Numbered from the stretch's first letter, positions 18,994 through 27,547 are shown. The stretch is DNA of 64,000 bases from Methyloglobulus sp. (GCA_965247625.1 CBDFHL010000006.1:34755-98754); one strand, 5' to 3'. The notes: generated by a model not told the origin, from the sequence alone. Made by a program: numbers and translations.

Positions 18994-20280
18994 ATGGTGA
19001 CTGTAAAAAAAGTTGAAGAGATTAATGCAATTGTAAAAAAGCATAAGGCCATTATTAATTGCGAGAACTCATTGCCTTTAGCTTCTAGGAAAATTTTTAA
19101 TATTCTGTTGTTCTTAGTTAAAGACAGATTCGGGAAAGATCTTGAGCATCACGTTTCCGAAAGTGATGTGATTTCTCTTTTAAATAAGACAGATAGGGAT
19201 ATTACAAACGCAAGGATCAACTATAAAAAATTGGCTTCCACAGTTATTGAATACAATATATTAAATAATGAAAGGGACCATCTTAATGGCGTTGGAACCA
19301 TGTTGGCTCCTGCGGTTATAAATAAAACCAAAAAAACCTGGAATTTTTCCTTTCCGCCAAATATTGTCCAATGGGTTCAGGATCCAAATTCATTTGTATT
19401 TTTGGATATTACGACACAAGAGCGTTTCAGCTCTAAATATTCACAAGCACTATGGGAAATTTGTATAGGTAGCTTAGAAGATCAGTTAGAGTCATATTTC
19501 TCAGTGAAATTAGATGAATGCCGTATTTTAATGTGCGGCAAAGATAATCATCAAATCTATAAGGATTTTAAACGCCGCGTTGTTATGACTGCAATTAATG
19601 AGATTAATGAAAAATCACTTTTGCATGTTGACTTATATCAAGAAAACAAAGAAGGGAGGAAGGTGACTGAATTAGTATTCTTTGTGACAAGAGAAGAATA
19701 TATTGAACCAAAACAACTGATTTCCAATGATGACTTGCTTGAGAAAATGGTTGAGGTATTTGGCATAACTGGCAATGTGGCCAATAAAATTATTAATACT
19801 TATGATAACGAACATATCTTAAGGAACTTGGACTACACCGAACAACAGTTTAAAAAAGCCATTAAAAATAAAAAAGAGAACCAGTTTAATGTTGGTGCTT
19901 ATGCAACTAGTGCGATCATTAAGGATTATGCCCCTAAACAAGCAAAATTATTATCTAGGGTTATCGAGGAAAAAGAGCATAAGAAAAGTACTGAATTAGG
20001 TTTAATTGAGTTAAATAAGAAAAATGATGATGAACTTGCAAAAAAAATCATGAAAAATTATGAAAAAATTGAACCTGTCTTGCAGCAGGGGTTAAAGACT
20101 GAGTTTGAAAAAAATGGAATTCGTGGCCCAATTAAAAAGCTTTTTAATTCTGAAGGATGGGGTTCTAAGCAAATAAACAACCATTTTTTTCTATTTCTTG
20201 CATCGCAAATAGAGCAAGGCAGAAAAGGGCAGGGCTATGATCAAATTAATGAATTTCTAGTTAAAAGTGCAACGCACTAA
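18994..20280 (+). CDS. Iteron-type plasmid replication initiator (Rep_3/RepB-like)
   Basis: 428 aa, directly downstream of the iterons. The N-terminal segment ..NSLPLASRKIFNILLFLVK.. resembles winged-helix Rep initiators. AAGGA SD sequence. Confidence 0.75.
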   Translation: MVTVKKVEEINAIVKKHKAIINCENSLPLASRKIFNILLFLVKDRFGKDLEHHVSESDVISLLNKTDRDITNARINYKKLASTVIEYNILNNERDHLNGVGTMLAPAVINKTKKTWNFSFPPNIVQWVQDPNSFVFLDITTQERFSSKYSQALWEICIGSLEDQLESYFSVKLDECRILMCGKDNHQIYKDFKRRVVMTAINEINEKSLLHVDLYQENKEGRKVTELVFFVTREEYIEPKQLISNDDLLEKMVEVFGITGNVANKIINTYDNEHILRNLDYTEQQFKKAIKNKKENQFNVGAYATSAIIKDYAPKQAKLLSRVIEEKEHKKSTELGLIELNKKNDDELAKKIMKNYEKIEPVLQQGLKTEFEKNGIRGPIKKLFNSEGWGSKQINNHFFLFLASQIEQGRKGQGYDQINEFLVKSATH

Positions 20281-20303
20281 AAATTGGCTATAGCCAATTT
20301 TTA
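20278..20303. repeat. 26-bp perfect palindrome TAAAAATTGGCTATAGCCAATTTTTA, containing copy 2 of the 16-bp core
   Basis: It starts inside the rep stop codon and sits between convergent rep and kfrA. It could also act as a weak bidirectional terminator. Confidence 0.6.
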
Positions 20304-20328
20304 TGTATATTACTGAAATATAACTAAA

Positions 20329-21237
20329 TTAATTATTGTGGGATTTTGGGTGTTTTTTTATAACGTTTTTATTTAAAAGGAGCCGTATTTTTTCTTCTCT
20401 GGCGGTGAGTTCTTTTTGTAATTTAGCTTCGATTAGGATCAGTCCAGCTTGTTTCAATTTCTCATCTGCATTTCGGCTTTCAAGTCCCATTATAATTTCA
20501 TTGTTTTTGCTGATTTGTTTGGCCATTGAGTCTAATTTGACTTGAAGTAATTTACTGCTTTGCTTGCTGCGGTCAGTTTCTGATTTCAGGCGATCAATTT
20601 CAGTCTTGAATTGCTGTTTAATAGTTTCTTTTTCTTCTTCGATACGTTTGATTGCCCACTCGTGTTCTTTAGTGTACTGCTTTTCAATCCAATTGTATTT
20701 TTCACGTTCTTGTCGTAGTTGCTCGGATAAAACGGCATTATTTTTTTCAAGTTTAGATGCAGCTGTATGGCAATACTCATTCTTTTCTATCAAATTTGTT
20801 GATTCAATCGATATCCGATTTATTTCTTTTTTTAGATGGTGTATTTCTTCCTGATATTTTTGTGCTGTCAGTTGCACCAGTTCTCGAATTCTAGATGTTT
20901 CTTCATTTAATGTTTTTTCTTTGTTCTCTAATACTGCCTGTTTGTTTTGTAAAATAACGGTTTCTTCATCAAAAGTTTTTTTTGCTTCAAGTAATGCTTC
21001 TTCCCATATGCCAGTCATTGCAGAAATTAGATGCTTTGGCATCGCCGGGTTGTGGGGTTGTGATTTATTTATTGCTTGCGATAAGTTGAGTTTCCAGTCC
21101 TTAATGGCACTAGAAATTGTCGTTGGGCTGTTGACATTAATAATCGGCTTGATTGATTCAATGGTAGGCATTAATCCGGTTTTTAAAAAATAAGCTTCAC
21201 ATGCTTCATATGCCAGGGTGTAAGTGGTTTTTTTCAT
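20329..21237 (-). CDS. kfrA: KfrA-like plasmid DNA-binding coiled-coil protein
   Basis: N-terminal KfrA_N-like segment (AYEACEAYFLKTGLMPTIESIKPIINVNSPTTISSAIKDWK), followed by ~220 aa of heptad-rich E/K/Q coiled coil. Confidence 0.75.
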   Translation of the reverse strand: MKKTTYTLAYEACEAYFLKTGLMPTIESIKPIINVNSPTTISSAIKDWKLNLSQAINKSQPHNPAMPKHLISAMTGIWEEALLEAKKTFDEETVILQNKQAVLENKEKTLNEETSRIRELVQLTAQKYQEEIHHLKKEINRISIESTNLIEKNEYCHTAASKLEKNNAVLSEQLRQEREKYNWIEKQYTKEHEWAIKRIEEEKETIKQQFKTEIDRLKSETDRSKQSSKLLQVKLDSMAKQISKNNEIIMGLESRNADEKLKQAGLILIEAKLQKELTAREEKIRLLLNKNVIKKHPKSHNN

Positions 21238-21495
21238 TTTAGGAATGGCCTAAATAACATTGGGTTTTTCTAAGGTATTATAGGGCGAGGCTAGAAAATA
21301 TTAATAATATATTAAGTAAAACACTAAAATAAATTATATTGTTACTCATATTATGGATATAGCTACAATTATATCAACTATAAAAATTTACTGGATTTGC
21401 TCTTCTTAATGCGTTTATATCCTCAACATAATTTATAGGCATACCAAATATTTAAAAAGAACATTGTAAATATGGAATGAATTGCCATAATTACT

Positions 21496-22668
21496 ATGAT
21501 GATAACCAGAAGAGCACAAAATATATTGCTACAGTTGTTGGATGATTTCCCTGCTGTTGGCTTATTAGGGCCAAGGCAGGTAGGAAAAACTACGCTCGCT
21601 TTAGCATTGGCTGATAAATACCCAGTTGTATATTTAGATTTAGAATCAACGGTTGGTCAAGCTAAATTGCAGAATCCAGAGCTTTATCTAGCTGAGCATC
21701 GAGATAAACTTGTTATTTTGGACGAAATTCAACGCGCGCCAGGGTTGTTTAAAAATCTTCGTGGTTTGATTGATAAAGGGCGAAGGGAAGGCCGGTGTAA
21801 TGGCCGTTTTTTACTGTTAGGGTCGGCTTCAATTGAATTATTGAAGCAATCGGGCGAAAGCTTGGCTGGCAGAAATGCTTATCTTGAATTAACGCCATTT
21901 GATGTTTTGGAAGTTGGACCCGAAAAAACCGATAGCTTATGGCTGCGTGGTGGCTTTCCTGACAGTGTGCTGTCAGCAAATGATAGCAGTAGCTTAAGAT
22001 GGCGCCAGAACTTTATCAATACTTATCTGGAGCGCGATATCCCACAGTTAGGCCCACGTATCCCCGCTGAGACTTTACGACGTTTTTGGAGCATGTTGGC
22101 ACATAATCAGGGTGAGTTACTGAATGCTGCTAAACTGGCTGCGGCTCTCGGTGTGGATGGTAAAACTATTGCCCGCTATTTGGACTTATTGGTTGACTTA
22201 TTGCTCGTGCGAAGGCTAAAGCCTTGGCACACCAACAGTGGTAAACGGTTGGTTAAATCGCCTAAAACCTACATTAGGGATAGCGGTATTGCCCATGCAC
22301 TTTTAGGTATTGTCGACAAAGAAACTTTGTTGGGTCATCCTGTTTGTGGTCGAAGTTGGGAAGGTTTTGTCATTGAGAATTGTTTGTCTGTCGTCCCCCC
22401 GCACAGTGAGGCTAGTTTTTATAGGAGCAGTTCAGGTGCGGAGTGCGACTTGATCCTAAAATTTCCTGATCAAACGCAATGGGCTATTGGGGTCAAAAGG
22501 AGTTTGGCGCCTAGCTTAAAAAAAGGCTTCTATTTTGCCAAAGAAGATATTCAACCGGTGGCAAGTTACGTGGTTTATCCAGGCAATGAAGCTTATTCAA
22601 TTGCCGAAGACATTAAAGTTATCGGTTTAACGGCAATGGTGCAGTTAATTGCTGCCCAGGCAATGTAG
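21496..22668 (+). CDS. AAA ATPase of the AAA_14/DUF4143 type
   Basis: Walker A motif GPRQVGKTT, Walker B motif LVILDEIQ. The C-terminal region is typical of DUF4143 proteins. Confidence 0.8.
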   Translation: MMITRRAQNILLQLLDDFPAVGLLGPRQVGKTTLALALADKYPVVYLDLESTVGQAKLQNPELYLAEHRDKLVILDEIQRAPGLFKNLRGLIDKGRREGRCNGRFLLLGSASIELLKQSGESLAGRNAYLELTPFDVLEVGPEKTDSLWLRGGFPDSVLSANDSSSLRWRQNFINTYLERDIPQLGPRIPAETLRRFWSMLAHNQGELLNAAKLAAALGVDGKTIARYLDLLVDLLLVRRLKPWHTNSGKRLVKSPKTYIRDSGIAHALLGIVDKETLLGHPVCGRSWEGFVIENCLSVVPPHSEASFYRSSSGAECDLILKFPDQTQWAIGVKRSLAPSLKKGFYFAKEDIQPVASYVVYPGNEAYSIAEDIKVIGLTAMVQLIAAQAM

Positions 22669-22932
22669 TGCGAAGACCAACAGCCATATCAAGCAGGTAA
22701 GTATTCTAATTTTAAGGGGGTCACAAAAAAATTATTCAATTATTTGCCATAATTTAAAAGGTTAATGTGCCCTTAGTCTTGAGAGCCAAGGTAGTGACCT
22801 TACAGTCATACAATGAAAAAGTAGCAATATTAAAAAGTTTGATTGATATGGTGACCTAAAATCGACTTGAATTTAATCGGGCTAATATTCATTAGCTAAG
22901 CCCAAATCATCAGTAATAAACAGGTTCAAATT

Positions 22933-23988
22933 ATGACGCAATTACGTGTTGGAATTATCGGTCTTGGTAGGGTAGGGCGCGGAATTGTACGCGCAAATTT
23001 CGATCAAACCGAAGGTGAAAAATTTAACGTTTGCGCGTTATGTGATGTTATGCCAGAGGATCAGGTGACTTATTTATTGGCTAATGACAGCACTTACGGT
23101 AAGCCGCCTTATACGCTCGATTGTGGGAATAAATATATTGTCGTAGGGGGCAAAAAAGTAGCTTACGTCCGTGGGGACAGGCGGCGCAATATTCTTGACC
23201 ATGAAAGCTTTTCTGACCTTAGAAAATTAGAGTTGGATATCATTATTGATTCAACAGGCACTGCGAAAATTAATGATTTACGTGGGCTAATCGAGCAAAA
23301 CATTGCCAAAAAAGTACTCTGTACTGCCAATATTGCGGGTATTGATATCAGTATTGTCTATGGTGTTAACCAGGGACAGTATGATCCTTTGCAGCATCAG
23401 GTTATTGCCGCCAGTACCTGTACCGGCAACGCGATGACACCGGTGGCTTATATATTGAATAAACATATTGGTATTGACTACGCTAGAATCACGACCATAC
23501 ACCCGGCACTTTCCGACCAACGGGTATTGGATGGCTTCCATTTCTCTACTGCACAACTCGGCCGAAGCTGTGCAGCATCGATCATCCCGATTAGTACTAA
23601 TGTCGCCAAATCGACTAATTTAGTGTTACCTGAGCTTGAAGGTAAACTTGATTCCATCTCATACCGGGTACCCACAGAAATTGTTTCAGTGATGGACGTG
23701 ACAGCGACCTTAAGCCGAGATACTTCCCTAGAAGAATGTACAAAACTTTTGGAGCATTACGCCCAAAATGAGCTTAAAAATATCGTTCACTGCGAATACG
23801 GTTCTTGGGGCCACGAAAAAGCAAGCATCGACTATTTGGGAACTGAGTACTCAGTTATTATCCTTATGAAACATATGCAGCTGAGTCATAAACGGCAACT
23901 GGGGTTAGCTATGATGCATGATAATGAGCGTGCTTACTGTTGCCGCGTATTGGACGTTTTAGGCGTACTTCAGCAAGCATGGGGTTAA
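22933..23988 (+). CDS. Divergent glyceraldehyde-3-phosphate dehydrogenase family protein
   Basis: GLGRVGR (NAD fold), NDSTYG (vs YDSTHG), and the catalytic-Cys context ASTCTGN (vs SCTTN). Also TIHPALSDQ, IIPISTNVAKS, LPELEGKLDSISYRVPT and MHDNERAY (vs WYDNE). Confidence 0.75.
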   Translation: MTQLRVGIIGLGRVGRGIVRANFDQTEGEKFNVCALCDVMPEDQVTYLLANDSTYGKPPYTLDCGNKYIVVGGKKVAYVRGDRRRNILDHESFSDLRKLELDIIIDSTGTAKINDLRGLIEQNIAKKVLCTANIAGIDISIVYGVNQGQYDPLQHQVIAASTCTGNAMTPVAYILNKHIGIDYARITTIHPALSDQRVLDGFHFSTAQLGRSCAASIIPISTNVAKSTNLVLPELEGKLDSISYRVPTEIVSVMDVTATLSRDTSLEECTKLLEHYAQNELKNIVHCEYGSWGHEKASIDYLGTEYSVIILMKHMQLSHKRQLGLAMMHDNERAYCCRVLDVLGVLQQAWG

Positions 23989-24100
23989 AATACTTGTCTC
24001 CAAAATTATCTGAAGCTTATCGCATTGGCTACAAATAAAAGTTGATACCTTTACTGTCTTAATGACTGCATTAGGGCTGCGTATAGAATCGATAACTACA

Positions 24101-24126
24101 TATATTAACTAGCGCTAGTTTTCCGG
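24101..24126 (+). repeat. 26-nt direct repeat, copy 1 (TATATTAACTAGCGCTAGTTTTCCGG)
   Basis: It matches 25028-25053 at 24 of 26 positions. It contains the palindrome AACTAGCGCTAGTT followed by TT. Confidence 0.7.
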
Positions 24127-24283
24127 ATATTCAAATTCATGAGGTTTTTAGGGTACTTTTCCAGACTAAAAATTAGGTCTTCGTCGTAAAAATATGCTAG
24201 CAAATCTTGAAGATGACTTGAAGAGTGTTAATTGACATCCATATCTTTCGGATGATTAGCACACTTGAAGTATATATAATAAT

Positions 24284-24300
24284 GGTATAATTTATATACC
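24284..24300 (+). promoter_or_regulatory. brnTA promoter -10 (TGGTATAAT) embedded in the inverted repeat GGTATA-N5-TATACC
   Basis: An extended -10 element, TGnTATAAT, at 24283-24291, with a TTGACA at 24231-24236 further upstream. The inverted repeat abuts the brnT ATG at 24301, so the leader would be very short. Confidence 0.45.
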
Positions 24301-24564
24301 ATGATCTCATTCGAATTTGACGAAACCAAGAGCCAAGCCAACTTTTCAAAACATGGCATCAATTTTATGGAAGCACAGATGTTATGGCATGATCCCATGC
24401 TGCTGGAAATTCCGGCAAAAACATTTGATGAACCCAGATACTTGGTAATAGGGCTTATCGAGGGCAAACATTGGTCAGCCGTCATTACATACCGTGGTAA
24501 AGCTATTCGAATTATTTCTGTCCGTCGTTCACGAATTGAAGAGGTAACATTCTATGAAAGCTAA
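24301..24564 (+). CDS. brnT: BrnT-family (DUF497) type II toxin
   Basis: FEFDETKSQANFSKHGINFMEAQMLWHD... matches the BrnT N-terminal signature. 87 aa. Confidence 0.88.
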   Translation: MISFEFDETKSQANFSKHGINFMEAQMLWHDPMLLEIPAKTFDEPRYLVIGLIEGKHWSAVITYRGKAIRIISVRRSRIEEVTFYES

Positions 24565-24805
24565 TTTGTTTGATACACAATTTGATGAGGGTATCGATGT
24601 CACTGTGTCCCTCGATTTATCCAAAGCAAAACGCGTTTTGCTGGAGCAAAAACGGGTAAATGTTGATTTTCCTGCATGGATGATTGAATCGTTGGATCGG
24701 GAAGCAGGAAAAATCGGTGTTACTCGACAATCTATTATCAAGGTTTGGTTAGCCGAACGCCTTGAAGAATCAGTTTCTAAAAAACCGATCAATCGGATAT
24801 CTTGA
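24554..24805 (+). CDS. brnA: BrnA-type (CopG/RHH-like) antitoxin
   Basis: 11-nt overlap with brnT. KRVNVDFPAWMIESLDREAGKIGVTRQSIIKVWLAERL is the BrnA pattern. Confidence 0.85.
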   Translation: MKANLFDTQFDEGIDVTVSLDLSKAKRVLLEQKRVNVDFPAWMIESLDREAGKIGVTRQSIIKVWLAERLEESVSKKPINRIS

Positions 24806-25027
24806 CGCCTTAAACCACATGAGTTTAACGATTGAATTCTTCCTGTTTCGCTTCTAAGTCACTACAAAAGATTTCAAATGGTATTGTTGTTTAGCGAATA
24901 AAGATAAATGTCTTAATCGTTAATCTTATCGGGTCTGGTTAACGAAATCTTAACAAATAATTTTTATCCAAAAATAGCATAAGATCCTTAAAAACAACAA
25001 TATAAAAAATTGATATAAAGCTCTCCT

Positions 25028-25053
25028 TATATTAACTAGCGCGAGTTTTCCAG
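25028..25053 (+). repeat. 26-nt direct repeat, copy 2 (TATATTAACTAGCGCGAGTTTTCCAG)
   Basis: See copy 1. It lies 222 nt downstream of the brnA stop and upstream of the intron-like RNA segment. Confidence 0.7.
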
Positions 25054-25399
25054 CTTTGCGCTTGGGGGTGCATGGCTGGCAATAATTGCTAGAATTTAAC
25101 CGGTATTTTATCAATTTCTTGCATTTATTTCCCGCATTAATTTAATCTTTATACTATTTAATCAATAGGTTGTAATATTTTCAGGGACGACTAAATAGAT
25201 TTGCAGAGTTTCCATAGTAGTCTGAGATGGGGAAAACCTATTACCTGGCGAAGGGGAACAGTTTAAGGAATTTGCTTGGAAAATTACCTGACTCTAGTGA
25301 GGTGAAGACCTTTGATAATCAGTGAAATGCAAAACAAAATTGCAACGTGGGTTTGCGCTATTAAGACGTTGCAATGGCTATGAGCCATTCTTAAATGGA

Positions 25400-25484
25400 G
25401 AGCCGTATGCGCTGAAAGGTGCACGTATGGTTCGGGGAGAAGAAGCAGGGAAATAGTTCGACTACGTCCTGCTTCTTACTCTAC
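25400..25484 (+). mobile_element. Group II intron 3' end: ribozyme domains V and VI (no intron-encoded protein nearby)
   Basis: Domain V at 25400-25433 is GAGCCGTATGCGCTGAAAGGTGCACGTATGGTTC. It has a 9-bp lower helix with the AGC triad, a 2-nt AC bulge, a 5-bp upper helix and a GAAA loop. In domain VI, 25436-25449 pairs with 25468-25482, leaving A25478 unpaired as the 7th nt from the terminal ..CTAC (25484). The hairpins GCAACGT..ACGTTGC and AATGGCT-ATG-AGCCATT just upstream look like a domain IV stub. Confidence 0.85.
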
Positions 25485-25633
25485 TTCCGACTGCCGATAT
25501 GGCTCAACAAAAAAGTATTTGTATAGCTAGCTAAATAACAAAGGGTAGCGGATTGGGATCCGGTTGGGATTAATAAATACGATGCCGAAATTACTTCAGG
25601 TGGCGTAAATTGAGAAACCGAGGTAATTACGTA

Positions 25634-26662
25634 TCACTCAATATGTGTTACTAGATTCCGCCCATCATGTTTAGAACGGTACAAGGCCTTATCCGCGCGT
25701 TCAAAAAAATCTGATATCGGTTCTTTTAGGCGATAACGGGTGACGCCAATAGAAACTGTTATACGGCAGATTTCTTCTTGGCTTTTGGCGCGTTTAATTC
25801 GGGTGTTCTCAACAATTTGCCTAATACTTTCTGCCAGCTTTACTGCACCCTGCAAATCGGTTTCTGGTAATAGCACGCAGAATTCCTCGCCGCCATAGCG
25901 GGCGGCGGTATCCTTGCCTTTAGTTTGGTTGTTTAAAGTATCACCAACTACTTTAATAACATTGTCACCTAGTAAGTGACCGTGAGTGTCATTGATGTTT
26001 TTGAAGTTATCGATGTCAATCATCAAAATACATGGTGAAGATGTCAACTCACCTATAGATGAAATTGCCGCTTCGATCGCTTTAGTTAAGCCTTTGCGGT
26101 TGACCAGTCCTGTGAGCGAATCAGTCATCGCTTCTTCACTTATTTTTTCCAAGCGCTCTTGCAAGGCATTAATTTCGTGCCGGCTATCTTGAATTTGCTG
26201 GCGCATCATGCCCATTGAGGCTTGGATGGATTTCGTGCTTGCTAATAAGTGGGTCACTATTGTTTCAAGTGAACTGTTGGGTTCTGCAAGTTCCTTTTCG
26301 CTACGTTTTAAGGTGTGGCCAAATTGATTTACATTTTCTTCTGTTAGGTTAGCAGAGTTGGCTAAGGATGAAATGATATCAATCAGATCAGCTTTTGATT
26401 GTTGAAGATGGGTAAGGTCATACTCGGATAAATAAACTTTAAACCAATGCGCCATCATGGGGTCTGTTAACTCAACTTTTCCCTGGATAGCTTTGTCGAT
26501 CTCTCTTTTAAGTGCCGGATGCGCCCCCAAGAGATATTCATAACATACAGTATAGTTCACCGGGTTTGCTGACAGGTGATGAGCACCAATAAAAGCAATG
26601 GCTTGCTTGAGCATTTCTCGGCTTTCTAAAGCCGATTCAGGCGGTCTTGAAATAACCATCAT
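25634..26662 (-). CDS. Diguanylate cyclase (GGDEF) with N-terminal helical sensor region
   Basis: Active-site RYGGEEFCVLLP, ..DIDNFKNINDTHGHLLGD.. and the C-terminal ..ADKALYRSKHDGRN. Confidence 0.92.
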   Translation of the reverse strand: MMVISRPPESALESREMLKQAIAFIGAHHLSANPVNYTVCYEYLLGAHPALKREIDKAIQGKVELTDPMMAHWFKVYLSEYDLTHLQQSKADLIDIISSLANSANLTEENVNQFGHTLKRSEKELAEPNSSLETIVTHLLASTKSIQASMGMMRQQIQDSRHEINALQERLEKISEEAMTDSLTGLVNRKGLTKAIEAAISSIGELTSSPCILMIDIDNFKNINDTHGHLLGDNVIKVVGDTLNNQTKGKDTAARYGGEEFCVLLPETDLQGAVKLAESIRQIVENTRIKRAKSQEEICRITVSIGVTRYRLKEPISDFFERADKALYRSKHDGRNLVTHIE

Positions 26663-27368
26663 AAAGCGTAGTAAAAATTCATTTTTAAAGCGAAGGTTTC
26701 AATGGTGTATTAATTAGCTTTTACTGTTCTCAGTCAAAGAGGGCAGCGTAAACGCCATAGGTTACTAGTTTTCGCATTTTCAAGTTACCAATATTAGTCA
26801 TATAAGTATTTACCTTCTTAAAACAAAGCATTTTTATTCTTGCAGGCAGGTTATAAATTACTTTAGTAGGGACATAATTAATTTTAGTTGACTACGTTAG
26901 TTTTGTGCCTAATTTTTAAGAGGCTTAAAAAATACTTATTATAAATAAGTATAGTTAAAAAACAGATGGTTAGTCGTGTAAGTTCGAGAAAATTATATTT
27001 TGTTAGTTTAATTTAACGATTATTAACATTACACATAGCCATTTAGGTTAAAAAATTAGTGTTAAAACACAATAAAAAAAAGATAAGGCCACTTAAGAAA
27101 ATTATGGTCAGAACCGATAGGTAATAGCTAAAAAAAACCTATATAACACCTGTTAACCGTAAGCTAAATATTCTTTGGGATACTTGTCACAATTCTATAA
27201 AAGTACATTAGCTCTTTGATTTTTCATGGGCTATATTCAATCCGTACATTAAATACAGGCGCAAGGATTAAGTTAGGCAAAGGTTGCCGTTTTGTAAAAT
27301 GTGGTCCTCAATAAGTCTTGTGAATAAGCTAGAAATTTTATGAATTTTAATTAATGGAGTCATTGAAA

Positions 27369-27518
27369 ATGAAAGATATGAAAAGAGATGTTTTGATTGG
27401 TGCAATGTTTTTGTTTGGTATTTGTGGGTTTATTTCCGGTGAGTTTATTGCCTCCACGATGCTATTTGCTTCAGCGGCTATCTACAGTAATGTGGCATTA
27501 AATAGGCAATACAGTTAA
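27369..27518 (+). CDS. Hypothetical 49-aa membrane peptide
   Basis: Below the ORF-track size cut-off. The sequence is ATG MKDMKRDVLIGAMFLFGICGFISGEFIASTMLFASAAIYSNVALNRQYS TAA. GGAG lies ~10 nt upstream, and it is followed by the hairpin at 27548-27583. Confidence 0.35.
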   Translation: MKDMKRDVLIGAMFLFGICGFISGEFIASTMLFASAAIYSNVALNRQYS

Positions 27519-27547
27519 GGGCATAAAGGTTTTGAAGATGTGCAGAA

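Noticed and set aside
22727-22856. Three GGTCAC/GTGACC hexamers upstream of the GAPDH-like gene, considered as a possible operator set.
   Set aside because: Hexamers are too short to be significant, and their spacing is irregular.
24228-24485. 85-aa - strand ORF overlapping the brnT start.
   Set aside because: It lies antisense to a well-supported brnT gene and its promoter, has no SD sequence, and has unremarkable composition.
25054-25399. Calling a complete ~430-nt ORF-less (class C-like) group II intron starting right after the 26-nt repeat.
   Set aside because: There is no GUGYG 5' end, and I found no recognisable tetraloop-receptor or domain I motifs. 25081-25190 is an AT-rich tract unlike ribozyme core. 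Only domains V and VI (plus a probable domain IV stub) are supportable by eye, so this is kept as a hypothesis in the findings.
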